64,000 nucleotides of DNA. Origin: Spirochaetia bacterium. Lineage in GTDB: Bacteria > Spirochaetota > Spirochaetia > SP-2023. The notes under the pieces were generated by a model, which did no database searches, was not told where the DNA came from, and was given only the letters and a program-made list of their open reading frames with translations. This document shows positions 17,978 to 28,104 of the stretch, one piece after another. Positions within the stretch are counted from its first letter, which is position 1; the number at the start of each line of letters is the position of its first letter. The position numbers were made by a program, and so were the translations under genes. The DNA is taken from positions 64,001 to 128,000 of the forward strand of contig CBDDCK010000001.1 in the NCBI GenBank assembly GCA_965225855.1. The letters run 5' to 3'.

Positions 17978-18946
17978 TTATTTGGGAACAACCCAGCCTT
18001 TGTGCGAAGAGACATTACCTTTTGTAATTAGGGTAACGGGTATTTTAATCAGTTTTTTTTCTGGCTTTTTGCCATTCATAACCAAATTATAACCGATCTC
18101 CACTGCTTTTTCCGTCATAAAATTTGGGTCCTGCGCCGCAGAAGCTAGGAAAATAGAGGTGGGGTCTTTTAACGCAACCAGAGCATCGGGAGAACCATCA
18201 ACACCAACAACAAACATTTCATCTTCTCGGCCAGCCTGCTTAACGGCCAATTCCGCCCCGATTCCCGTTGGATCATTGATAGCAAATATCGCATCAATTT
18301 TTTGGAACGATGTCAATAAATCGGTCATAACTTTCAAGCCACCCTCACGGCTGCCACCAGCATTTTGGTTATCCGAAAGAATTTTAATATCGGGATATTT
18401 GGCAAAAACATCTTTTGCTCCTTTAACTCGATCGATAACTGAACTTACCGGCGGGCCATTGATAATAACCACATTCCCTTTACCATCCAGCTTATCTACA
18501 AGAAATTGCGCCGGTATCATACCAGCTTGGTAATTATCGGAAGTTACCGTGGCGTCTACACCGCCATCTGCGCCAACGTCTACAGCAATCACAACAATAC
18601 CGGCTGCTTTTGCTTTTCTGACTGCTGGGGCAATACCGGCTGTATCCGCCGAACCAAGAACGATCAATTTTGTACCGTTAGCAATGAAATTATCAATCTG
18701 CGAGACTTGTTTGCTCAAATCATAACCGCTAGAAAGTACGGTAAGTGAGCCTTTCTCATTGGTAAGCTCCTTAATCTTGGCTCTAGCTCCCTCTCCCATA
18801 GTATAAAAGAAAGGATTTGCCAGATCGCCTACCGTAAGCCCGACTTTAAATCCAGACGAAGAGCTGCTAGAGCCTTTCGCTAAAATATTACCAACAGTAT
18901 AAATGCATAAAATGCTCGCCAGCAATGCAATAAAAATTTTTCTCAT
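17978..18946 (-). CDS. Sugar ABC transporter substrate-binding protein (RbsB family)
   Basis: Signal peptide from ATG 18946 (GGAGGA RBS); LANPFF, SDNYQAG, FAINDPTGIGA and VGVDGS. Confidence 0.93.
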   Translation of the reverse strand: MRKIFIALLASILCIYTVGNILAKGSSSSSSGFKVGLTVGDLANPFFYTMGEGARAKIKELTNEKGSLTVLSSGYDLSKQVSQIDNFIANGTKLIVLGSADTAGIAPAVRKAKAAGIVVIAVDVGADGGVDATVTSDNYQAGMIPAQFLVDKLDGKGNVVIINGPPVSSVIDRVKGAKDVFAKYPDIKILSDNQNAGGSREGGLKVMTDLLTSFQKIDAIFAINDPTGIGAELAVKQAGREDEMFVVGVDGSPDALVALKDPTSIFLASAAQDPNFMTEKAVEIGYNLVMNGKKPEKKLIKIPVTLITKGNVSSHKGWVVPK

Positions 18947-19232
18947 GGTTATTGTCCTCCATATTCCCAATCAAAATAAAAATACTCCGAAAAAAATATC
19001 AGAGCTTTGTAAGTCCAGAATGTATATAATGGGTTTTTCAGTTTGTCAAGTTTTATTTTTCAGTCAAATTGATTATATTTACGGTAAAAATAATTTGCCT
19101 ATAGTTTTTTACTGTAATCCATTGATTGACTATAGAAAATATTTCCGTTATTATTCTGCGCCATTTCTGGTATATTATAAGGGCTGAATTGTGTTTGCCC
19201 AATCTTTAATACCTGTTACTATGGAGTTTTCA

Positions 19233-19550
19233 ATGTATGCATTAATTGCAATAAAAGGCAAACAATATAAAGCTGTAAAAGGTGAAACCTTGCGAGTCGA
19301 TCTTTTTGCTGAAGAAGTTGGCACGAGCTTAGAATGTGATAAAGTTATGCTGATTTCTGATGGAAAAAAGAGTGTAGTTGGCCAACCTTATATTCAAGGA
19401 GCTAGTGTAAAGCTGTCTTTAGGTGAAGCCATAAAAGGGAAAAAAATTCGGGTCTTCAAATATAAGCGGCGCAAAAAATACCGTCTAACTAAGGGGCATC
19501 GTCAGCAATATAGTTTAGTAACGGTTGAGGATATTCAAGGAAGTACTTAG
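19233..19550 (+). CDS. rplU: 50S ribosomal protein L21
   Basis: MYALIAIKGKQYK...FKYKRRKKY...GHRQQYS; start ATG 19233 after GGAG. Confidence 0.96.
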   Translation: MYALIAIKGKQYKAVKGETLRVDLFAEEVGTSLECDKVMLISDGKKSVVGQPYIQGASVKLSLGEAIKGKKIRVFKYKRRKKYRLTKGHRQQYSLVTVEDIQGST

Positions 19551-19885
19551 TGAAGGCCGATCTTCATTGGCAAGCGGCTATAGTTACTAAAATTGTCGTT
19601 TTAGGTCATGCGCCTGTAAATGAACTATGTGTCGCCATGAGTTGTTTGTTGCGTAGTTGCGCCCAAGCTATGGAAAATTTGCAGACTACAAATGACTTAG
19701 ATTGGGTTTTGACGTTACCTCAAGAAGGGCAATTTGCTTGGCAATTATACAGTTGGCATAAACGATTATCCCCTGTTTTAGAGGGCATTTCGTTAGTGCT
19801 AGCTAATGGAGTTCGCAGTTTAGCCGAGGATTATCCTGTACTAGAATTATCTGAACAAAAATCACAGTTTGTTTACAATTTATAA
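19550..19885 (+). CDS. prp: Ribosomal-processing cysteine protease Prp (YsxB)
   Basis: Lies between rplU and rpmA; GHA...LC.AMS catalytic His/Cys motif. Confidence 0.75.
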   Translation: MKADLHWQAAIVTKIVVLGHAPVNELCVAMSCLLRSCAQAMENLQTTNDLDWVLTLPQEGQFAWQLYSWHKRLSPVLEGISLVLANGVRSLAEDYPVLELSEQKSQFVYNL

Positions 19886-19915
19886 ACATGTACTTCACAA
19901 TTGAGGAGGAAAATT

Positions 19916-20170
19916 ATGGCACATAAAAAAGGGGGCGGTAGCTCCAAAAACGGTAGAGATTCTGAATCGAAGCGTCTGGGTGTAAAGCGTTTTGGTGGCC
20001 AACTGGTGAAAGCTGGAGAAATTATTGTGCGCCAGCATGGTACGAAATTCCACCCGGGTAGAAATGTAGGGCTCGGTCGCGATCATACTTTATTTGCTTT
20101 GGTCGAAGGAAATATTCGTTTCCATTTCAATTTAGGTAAAAAACGAGTTTCTGTTGAATCTGTAACTTAA
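19916..20170 (+). CDS. rpmA: 50S ribosomal protein L27
   Basis: [34 protein letters not shown] before ATG 19916. Confidence 0.97.
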   Translation: MAHKKGGGSSKNGRDSESKRLGVKRFGGQLVKAGEIIVRQHGTKFHPGRNVGLGRDHTLFALVEGNIRFHFNLGKKRVSVESVT

Positions 20171-20310
20171 AAGACTACAATAGTATTTTTTATGATTGCT
20201 AGAGGCTTATCTGAATCATTAGAACAAATATAAAAACGAGAGTATTATCGAATCCCAAATTATATTTGTTTCTTTTTTGTTTTACATAGAAGTGGATTAG
20301 GTTCTGAATA

Positions 20311-21321
20311 ATGGGGCGTTCTTTTGTTGATTCAGTACCTTTAATTCTTGTTGCCGGAAAAGGTGGCAGTGGTGCTGTATCTTTCCTGCGGGAGATATGC
20401 CGGCCTAAAGGTGGCCCAGATGGTGGTGATGGTGGTGATGGTGGTGATGTTATCATTACTATTTCTAACAATTTAAATACTTTGTCTCATTTAACAGGTT
20501 TGAAAGATGTGCATGCTGGGAATGGCAAACGGGGTGAAGGTGCTTGTCGTGCTGGGCGTAGTGGTGAAGATGTGATCATTCGTGTCCCTCCCGGGACACT
20601 CATTTATAATGCAGAAACTGGCGAGCTTGTTTGCGACACGATTGATATACCGCCCAGCCAAAGTTATCGGCTTTTGCGTGGTGGGCGTGGGGGCAAAGGG
20701 AATCATCATTTTAAGGGTCCACGTCAACAGTTGCCGCGTTTTGCCCAAGTAGGAGGAGAGGGAGAAGAAGGTTATTTCCGTTTAAATTTACGTCTAATTG
20801 CAGATATTGGCTTAGTCGGCTTCCCGAATGCTGGTAAATCTTCATTGCAAAATTTGTTGACCAATGCCCATGCCAAAGTTGGAGTCTACCCCTTTACGAC
20901 CACCGTACCCAATCTCGGAGTGTTAAAAGTTTTTGATGAAGACCTAGTGATTGCAGATATTCCCGGGATTATCGAAGGTGCAGCGACAGGTAGTGGTTTA
21001 GGGTTCCAATTTCTCAACCATATTGCACGAGCTGCGGCTTTGTTGTTTGTCGTAGATACTGCCGAGCCCAATTGCCCAAACACGGTAGTCCAGCTCCGTA
21101 AAGAACTTGCGGATTATGACCAGCAATTCCAAACCAATTTAAAACAAAAAAAATGGGCTATATTGGCGAATAAAATAGATATACCGGAAGCGATAGAGCA
21201 ATTGAATCTCTTACATAAAGCTTACTCCGATGTTGAAATATTAGCAGCTTCTTGCCTTGAGCCTAAGTACATACCAGAATTGCAACAATTTTTACTGCGC
21301 CTAAAGAATTTGCGTTTATAG
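20311..21321 (+). CDS. obgE: GTPase ObgE/CgtA
   Basis: Gly-rich Obg fold (GGPDGGDGGDGG), GFPNAGKSS, YPFTT, ADIPG and NKID. Confidence 0.95.
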   Translation: MGRSFVDSVPLILVAGKGGSGAVSFLREICRPKGGPDGGDGGDGGDVIITISNNLNTLSHLTGLKDVHAGNGKRGEGACRAGRSGEDVIIRVPPGTLIYNAETGELVCDTIDIPPSQSYRLLRGGRGGKGNHHFKGPRQQLPRFAQVGGEGEEGYFRLNLRLIADIGLVGFPNAGKSSLQNLLTNAHAKVGVYPFTTTVPNLGVLKVFDEDLVIADIPGIIEGAATGSGLGFQFLNHIARAAALLFVVDTAEPNCPNTVVQLRKELADYDQQFQTNLKQKKWAILANKIDIPEAIEQLNLLHKAYSDVEILAASCLEPKYIPELQQFLLRLKNLRL

Positions 21322-21342
21322 ATTTTAAGGCCAAGCCCAAAT

Positions 21343-22032
21343 ATGCAACTCGATGAATTACAAGCTATTCTACACTATCAGCATGTTCCGTTGTTTTTTG
21401 GAGGTAGCTTTAACCCTTTTCACCGAGGCCATAAAGCCATTATCATGGCCTTGTGCCGATATTTCCCCACTTGTCCCATCACATTGGTACCGAATAGAAT
21501 ATCTCCACTTAAATCACAGGAGATTATTTTGCCCAGCCAAAAAATGGCCATGATGCAAGCTGTAATGCAAGATTTATACCAAGAATCAGCGCAGGAATTT
21601 ACGGCGAAAAATTTGCGGCTAGAACTTTGTGAATTGTTGCGCGATGGTGCTTCCTATACTGCTGATACAATCCGCTACCAACTACAGAATAACCAGATGC
21701 AAACCGCTTCACCCAAGTTATGCCTGCTTGTCATGGGTTGGGACAGTTTATGTACTATAACTTACTGGAAAGACTGGCTTTATTTGCTGGAAACTTGTAT
21801 TATACTGGTTTTTAGTCGCAAATCAGCAGATATGGAGCGAATCCCTTGCGATATTTTATCTCAAACGAAATATATGCTGTTGGAACTTGATGAACCTTAT
21901 TCTTCTTCTGCTATTCGCAACCAATTGAAACAGCGACCCAAAAAATTATCAACAAGCCAAAAGGTCGAATGGGAAAATTTACTAGGGGTCAATCAATTTA
22001 GCTATATACAACAGCAAGGACTTTACCTGTAG
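21343..22032 (+). CDS. nadD: Nicotinate-nucleotide adenylyltransferase
   Basis: FGGSFNPFHRGH, SYTADT, MGWDS and SSSAIR; conserved position after obgE. Confidence 0.88.
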   Translation: MQLDELQAILHYQHVPLFFGGSFNPFHRGHKAIIMALCRYFPTCPITLVPNRISPLKSQEIILPSQKMAMMQAVMQDLYQESAQEFTAKNLRLELCELLRDGASYTADTIRYQLQNNQMQTASPKLCLLVMGWDSLCTITYWKDWLYLLETCIILVFSRKSADMERIPCDILSQTKYMLLELDEPYSSSAIRNQLKQRPKKLSTSQKVEWENLLGVNQFSYIQQQGLYL

Positions 22033-22086
22033 ATAGTAAATTATACTACTGCCTGGAAAGAATGAAAAGTTTAGGAGCGAAAATAT

Positions 22087-22704
22087 ATGATTAGCCAGCA
22101 AGTGATAGCCGTACAAGAATATTGCGCTAAAAATCTAAGTCTTGTACGCTACCAACATTTGGAACGAGTTCACGCAACAATGCAGCATATCAATACGCTC
22201 CACAATTTAAACATAGACGAAGAACCACTGGCTTTAGCAAGTTTTGGCCACGATATTGCCCGTGAGCTACCTGAACCAATTTTGGCGTTATTGTTGCAGC
22301 AATCAGGTATACCGTTAGAACCTTGGGAAGAGCAGTATAAATTATTGTGTCACACAAGAATTGGAAGTCTACTACTGCAAAAATTTTTTGGTATTATCAA
22401 TAAAGAAGTACTACAAGCAATTGAATGTCATACCTTAGGTTCTAAAGGTCTATCTCTTTTAGCCAAACTGCTGTATATTTCGGATTTTTTAGAACCGCAA
22501 AGACCATACCTAATGCATGGTGAGCGCGAAAATTATTTATCTATGGAATTTGATTTAGCTGTTTATACTGTTTGTTATCAAAGAGCCTGTTTTAACCGCG
22601 ATAGGGGGAAACCTGTATTCCCGCCTACTTTGGCTATGCTCGAAGAATACGAACAACAATTGGCAATCCCGCCCAGTCAACACTTTGTTTTGCATAATGA
22701 ATAG
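22087..22704 (+). CDS. yqeK: HD-domain Ap4A hydrolase YqeK
   Basis: RYQHLERV, HDIARE, AIECHTLG and LYISDFLEPQR; follows nadD. Confidence 0.82.
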   Translation: MISQQVIAVQEYCAKNLSLVRYQHLERVHATMQHINTLHNLNIDEEPLALASFGHDIARELPEPILALLLQQSGIPLEPWEEQYKLLCHTRIGSLLLQKFFGIINKEVLQAIECHTLGSKGLSLLAKLLYISDFLEPQRPYLMHGERENYLSMEFDLAVYTVCYQRACFNRDRGKPVFPPTLAMLEEYEQQLAIPPSQHFVLHNE

Positions 22705-22732
22705 TTACTGTTTTTTGACTTTTGCTTTTTAT

Positions 22733-24028
22733 ATGTCTAATAACGCAATATACGAAAATAATGAAAATAAAAAAATTATTGGTCGCTTGTATGGCGGGGT
22801 ATTTCTGCTTTTAATCGTGATTTTATTGACGGTTCTTTTTACTTTAACGCGTACAGACATTGTAACGAATAGCGTATTAAAAAAAGAAAATCTGTCATTT
22901 TTGCTACTAATCAGTGATGATGATGGCCCTATCATAACAGAGGCTATACTCTACAATGCAGAAACGAAGCGTTTAGCATTGATTGATATACCCTATGAAG
23001 CAGGGGATTCACTTCCAGAGCTCAAGCGATCGGATCGTTATAGTGTGTTCTACCAAGAGGGAAATTTAGCGCGCTATCAGAGTAGTATTGAAAAGCTGCT
23101 CAATTTAAATTTTCTATTTATTCTGGATTTACACGTTAACCAATTGGTGAAACTGGTTGATCTGCTGGAAGGCATCAGCCTCTATCTTTTTGCGCCGATA
23201 AATCACATTAACCCAATTAGCAAAAAGCATTATATCTACAATGCAGGTGAGCAAAATTTGGACGGCGATCAATCTCGGGACTTTCTCTATGCTAGTAAGG
23301 CAAATACGATTGAGTACAACCAATTTTTACAGCAAAGTGAGAATGATGAGAATTTGCAGCCTAAAACGGAAAAAAGAAAGAAGATTATTCTTCAGCAGAA
23401 AAACTTGCGTTATATCCGTGAATTGTTATTAAGTATTATTACAACGATTAAAAAATTTGATTCCGAGCGCGAGAATTATATTCGATTGATTTATAGTTAT
23501 TTCCAAACAGACATTAGTAGGCGTACGTTTCGCAAGCTATTATTGTACATGAGTGAAATAGATGTCGAATCTGCCGAAATAATTTTTCAAGATTATTTAG
23601 GGAAAGAACGCTTGGTACAAGGAAAGCAAATTAATTTTCCGGTTTATGATGGCCAGGTTATACGGTCGCAGGTGGTGCGTATTTCGACACAATTGCATAC
23701 AGCAGATAAGATTGTCGAGAACAAATACCCTGTTCGGGTAGAAGTATTAAATGGGACCAATATTGTGGGGTTAGCTTCACGAACAGCAGCTTTGTATAGT
23801 CAAGAAGGTTTTGACGTGGTGAATATTGGTAACGCCGATCGTGCTGACTATGAGAAGAGTATCATTATTAATTTGCATAGTGATAATTTAGATGATGTCC
23901 AGCGCGTAGCAAAATTGATTGATGTGGAAAATATTATTTTGCAGCCGCTGCCGGGAGGCGAACAAGCAGAAGCGGAAGTTCGTATTGTATTGGGGAAAAA
24001 TTTTGATGAAAACCGAATTATACAATGA
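22733..24028 (+). CDS. LCP-family protein with LytR C-terminal domain
   Basis: N-terminal TM helix; LVDLLEGI; C-terminal VEVLNGTNIVGLA...GNAD...IVLGKNF. Confidence 0.8.
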   Translation: MSNNAIYENNENKKIIGRLYGGVFLLLIVILLTVLFTLTRTDIVTNSVLKKENLSFLLLISDDDGPIITEAILYNAETKRLALIDIPYEAGDSLPELKRSDRYSVFYQEGNLARYQSSIEKLLNLNFLFILDLHVNQLVKLVDLLEGISLYLFAPINHINPISKKHYIYNAGEQNLDGDQSRDFLYASKANTIEYNQFLQQSENDENLQPKTEKRKKIILQQKNLRYIRELLLSIITTIKKFDSERENYIRLIYSYFQTDISRRTFRKLLLYMSEIDVESAEIIFQDYLGKERLVQGKQINFPVYDGQVIRSQVVRISTQLHTADKIVENKYPVRVEVLNGTNIVGLASRTAALYSQEGFDVVNIGNADRADYEKSIIINLHSDNLDDVQRVAKLIDVENIILQPLPGGEQAEAEVRIVLGKNFDENRIIQ

Positions 24029-24398
24029 TATATTGCAATTGGGCCATTTATTACAGGAATGGAGGGGTGAGAATACCATTGCCTTGCATTTGGAGCCTTC
24101 GGTTTCTTGGGCGAAATATTGTCTAATTTCAACTTGCAATAGTTTAACTCATATGCAAGGCATCTTAAATAATTTGCGTTCTGTTCTACACGATGAAATG
24201 TCTATGTTCAAGCTTGCATATCATTTGCCCCGAAATTTGGAAAATTTTTCATGGCTTCCTATTGATTTAGGACCTGTAGTTGTGCACTTAATGAGTGATG
24301 AAGCGCGTACATTTTATGAGCTTGAAAAACTTTGGCCTGTAGCAGAAATTATCGAATTTAACCCAATCAATGTTGGAAAAAACGAAGGCAAAACTTAA
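24006..24398 (+). CDS. rsfS: Ribosome silencing factor
   Basis: WLPIDLGPVVVHLMSDEARTFYELEKLW motif; likely start ATG 24006. Confidence 0.88.
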   Translation: MKTELYNDILQLGHLLQEWRGENTIALHLEPSVSWAKYCLISTCNSLTHMQGILNNLRSVLHDEMSMFKLAYHLPRNLENFSWLPIDLGPVVVHLMSDEARTFYELEKLWPVAEIIEFNPINVGKNEGKT

Positions 24399-24576
24399 AC
24401 ACAAATATTCTTCATTGAATGAAAATCTATGTTGGGCATTAATTCTAAATTTTCCATACTTACTTTGATTAAATTATTGAAAACTTTAGTTAAACAATAT
24501 CTAAGTTTGATTTTTAATAGACACTAGCTAAATTTATAATTACAATAGCTATTTATATTTAGCTTTACGAGGCATC

Positions 24577-25221
24577 ATGAAAAAAATTGATTTACTGGCA
24601 AAAATACTGATAGCCATGGTTTTGGGCGTTATCGTAGGCTTGCTTATGCAAAATATTCCAGATATTGCGCAAACCTGTTGGAAGTTTGTTTATCAATTTA
24701 ATCAAAATGGTAATTATGCCGTTGGCTTTTTCTTCACTTATACTAGGGGTTTCCAGTATTGGGGATTTAAAAGTATTACAGCGAATTGGCACCAAGACTT
24801 TAGCTTATTACATGATTAATACGGCAATTGCAGTGCTTATAGGTTTACTTTTAGGGGCGATTATTAATCCTGGAGAAGGGTTAAATATTCCTGCAAATGC
24901 TAAAGTTGCCAAAAAAGAAGTGCCGGCCATAGCAACTACACTGTTTAATATTGTTCCTTCCAATCCCCTCAAAGGTTTGGTCAACGGCAATATTTTTCAG
25001 GTGATTGCGTTTGCCCTTTGTTTGGGAATTTTCTTCCACGTCTTTTTTATATATCCTTCAGCGGTGTATTTTTTTGCAAAAATAAAGCCTTTAAAATTTT
25101 TACAGGCGATCAGCTCTGCGGTGGTAACAGCTTTTACTACAACTAGTTATTCTGCGACTTTGCCCGTTTCTATGAAGTCTGTTCGCAGAAAATTTGGTGT
25201 TTCTAACAAAATATCCAGTTG
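24577..25221 (+). pseudogene. Dicarboxylate/amino acid:cation symporter (DAACS, GltP-like) pseudogene
   Basis: KILIAMVLG, then a frameshift at about 24675 into KPVGSLFINLIKMVIMPL, NIVPSNP and AFTTTSYSATLPV; the central helices are missing and the gene is truncated at GVSNKISS. Confidence 0.85.
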
Positions 25222-26564
25222 CAAAGTAATTTGTAGTACCTTAATTTTTATTGTGCTTAGTGCTTTCGCTCCCCTTCAAGGGCAACCTGCGGGGGAGTTT
25301 GAGGAAGATTCTCTTTCTTTTCATACATTGAAAAATTTACAATTACAACAAGATATTAAAATTTCGCTATATCATATATTTTATAACATTTCTAGTTTCA
25401 ATTCCAATGCTGCATATGGCCTAATTCCTTGGGAAGGATATAGCTTACAAGCTAAAGAAATCATTGATTCAGCACAATCTATAGGAATTCGTTTACTTCA
25501 TGAAGGGCACGATCTTTTAGGACTTACTCAAGTTTCCCGCTGGAAGGGTCGGCTCTGGTACTGGCTACTTGCTGGGCATGTAGATACCCGCTTACAGCTG
25601 GCTACTTCCATTGTGTTTGGCCATGAGATGATTCATTTACAAGAGGGCTTTGCCAATGGCGCGGCAACGGGCACTTTAGTAGCTTCGTTTACCGGCCAGC
25701 CCATTGGAATATGGCGGGCCTATGCCGGTGCAATACTTAGCCCCCTAGTACATGCCGTAGCTGCGTGGTCGCAGTTTGAGTCAAGTTATGCAAGTATGGG
25801 CCAGCCGGCTAATATTCCTACTTGGATTAGTTTTGAGGAAAGCAATTGATCTAGCTTGGAAACCACAAAGTGTTTTTGGAGCTGGGGGTTTTTTCGCAAA
25901 CAGTCTTCACGCTGTGGGCTATGCTGGGGTTGATGCTTTGATACCTGCTGAACTGGACATTGACTCGTTCGCAAAGGATTTGTCCCAGCGCAGTGGCAAA
26001 TTTGTCTCCAGTGGGCAGATTTTTGTTGTTTCTATAGTATCCATATTGTCCTCACCTTCCTTATGGGGATATATCTATGGTTTAATAGAATATATTGCCA
26101 GTAGCAAGATGGAAGTACATATGCCAGCGATCCGCTTGAACAATACCCTTATATCTTGGAATGTAGCAGCTTATTACAATGATAATTCGGTAAGCCTCAA
26201 TCCAGTATTGTTGGCCCGTTTGAACCAAAACTTACTCGTGGGTACTGGGCTGGAATTGGGCGTTCTCGGACAGCCGGAGCTCGACTTGTTCTTGTATCTC
26301 CGCACTGGGATTGTAGAAAACTTGGTACTTTCTACTCAATTTGCTGTTTCCCTGATAAGTGCGGGCCGATGGCTGACTAGGCTTGGCTTATTTGTCTACC
26401 CGGCCATAAGCTACCAGATAGGTCGAATCCTAGCCCGCAATGGCCAGCTGGAAGTAAAGCTCAATGCAGGAATGATGCTTTCGGCAGGCCAAACACTGCT
26501 TGCACAGCGGCTTAATCCATATAATTCGATTGCTTATAGTCTAAGTATATCTATGACGTTGTAA
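25222..26564 (+). pseudogene. Hypothetical exported/outer-membrane protein, fused in frame to the DAACS remnant and frameshifted near 25840
   Basis: Signal-like segment IFIVLSAFAPLQG and HEMIH; continues in ORF 25776-26564 with beta-strand-like sequence ending YSLSISMTL. Confidence 0.5.
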
Positions 26565-26565
26565 T

Positions 26566-26609
26566 GACCAAACAAGCAGATAAAACCTGCTTAGGTTTGC
26601 TTGTTGGTC
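26566..26609. terminator. Stem-loop after the 26564 stop
   Basis: GACCAAACAAGCA ... TGCTTGTTGGTC with inner AAACCT/AGGTTT. Confidence 0.55.
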
Positions 26610-26960
26610 TATAAGCCTTTCTATATCCAATAAATGCTCCCATTCATCGAATAGAATGTTTATCCTAGGACAAATAGTGATCATCTTGTGGTTCTAGCAT
26701 AGATTATCACTTAGGTCTAACCATGGGTCATAATTCAGTTATTAAGATAACCCTATCTTTAAGCTTCACTTTTTGCTTGGTATCGCTGATATTTTATTCT
26801 ACTAATAAGACTATGCAATATACCCATAGTAACCCGATAAACACTAATTAGTCCTACCAGAGAATCCCTTGTTAGCCTAGGAAGTGAACCTAAGTAGGGC
26901 CTTGATCGATAATATCTAAGATAAATAAGAGACTTACTTGCCTTTGGGCTGGGCTACTAC

Positions 26961-28043
26961 TTAACCAAAATCACTGTAGTTTAGGCTAGCCATCTTGCGT
27001 ATCACTCGTAATTTTGCACTGCGTTCAGAAGCCAATTGTGTGTTGTAAGGGGCTTGAACTGCTTTTTTATAAACCCATTGGCCTTGGCCCTGTTCCTGCC
27101 AAAGGCGGAATTGCTGTTTAACCAAACGGTCTTCCAGTGAATGGAAGGTAATAACCGCTAGCAAGCCGTAGGGTTTCAATTGCTCAAATGCCGATGGCAA
27201 ACTGCGTTCTAGCTTTTCTAGCTCATTGTTCACAGCAATACGTAAAGCTTGGAAGACTTTGGTCGCCGGATGTATTTTGTGCTTCCTACCTTGGCTTTTT
27301 GGCTCTTGATTACGATTATTGCTGCTGGAATACTTTGTATTTGCGGGGCTAAGCTGCCAAATGAAATCGGCCAGAGCCCTCGCCTTATAGAGCTGGCGGG
27401 CATGGCGTTGCTCGACAATGGCACGGGCTAGTTGCTGGCCATTATGCAATTCACCGTAGCGATAGAATATATTGGCTAATTCGCTTTGGCTCATCTTTTG
27501 CAACAATTGAGCAGCACTGGCCCCGCCCTGCTGGGGATTGAGCCGCATATCCAAAACCTCATCTGGGTCTTGTGGTCTGAAGCTAAAACCACGCGCACTA
27601 TTGTAATGGAATAACGATATACCTAAATCAAAGAGAATTAAGTCCGCTTGTAGATAACCACTGGCTAACGTGCTAAAATAATCGCTAAAACACTGTTGCT
27701 GAAATTGGCAACGGTGGTTGGATGCATCGGTGCCCAGTGTCTGCTGCAAAAAATAACGGGCACGCGCTAACATTGAAGGGTCGGCATCAATACCGAGTAA
27801 GTAGGCTTGGGGTTGTTGTTCTAGCAGTAGGCGTGCATGGCCTGCTTCCCCCAAAGTGGCATCTACATAGAGCAGAGGCCTAGTTTCCCCCCAAAGCTGC
27901 ACGGCGGCAAGCCGGCCATTATTGCGGTATCTATTGGTTTGCAGTGGCTTTTCGTCCTGCCTTGGGTTAAAATAAGCTTGCCATAAAGCAGCTACTTGTT
28001 GGGCTAAAACAGGCTTATGCTCTTCGTTCAAAGTGAAGACCAT
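26961..28043 (-). CDS. rsmH: 16S rRNA m4C1402 methyltransferase
   Basis: HKPVL, VDATLGEAGHA, DLGIS, LDMRL, HPATKVFQALRIAVNNEL, TFHSLEDRLVK and RSAKLR. Confidence 0.93.
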   Translation of the reverse strand: MVFTLNEEHKPVLAQQVAALWQAYFNPRQDEKPLQTNRYRNNGRLAAVQLWGETRPLLYVDATLGEAGHARLLLEQQPQAYLLGIDADPSMLARARYFLQQTLGTDASNHRCQFQQQCFSDYFSTLASGYLQADLILFDLGISLFHYNSARGFSFRPQDPDEVLDMRLNPQQGGASAAQLLQKMSQSELANIFYRYGELHNGQQLARAIVEQRHARQLYKARALADFIWQLSPANTKYSSSNNRNQEPKSQGRKHKIHPATKVFQALRIAVNNELEKLERSLPSAFEQLKPYGLLAVITFHSLEDRLVKQQFRLWQEQGQGQWVYKKAVQAPYNTQLASERSAKLRVIRKMASLNYSDFG

Positions 28044-28104
28044 GTAAGCTGCCTCGCGTTTTATTTGCGGGGCCAGCTTGCTCGTTTCGCATTCCTTGGC
28101 ACAT

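Noticed and set aside
26610..26960. ftsL or an ncRNA downstream of rsmH
   Set aside because: No suitable ORF or recognisable RNA structure found by eye
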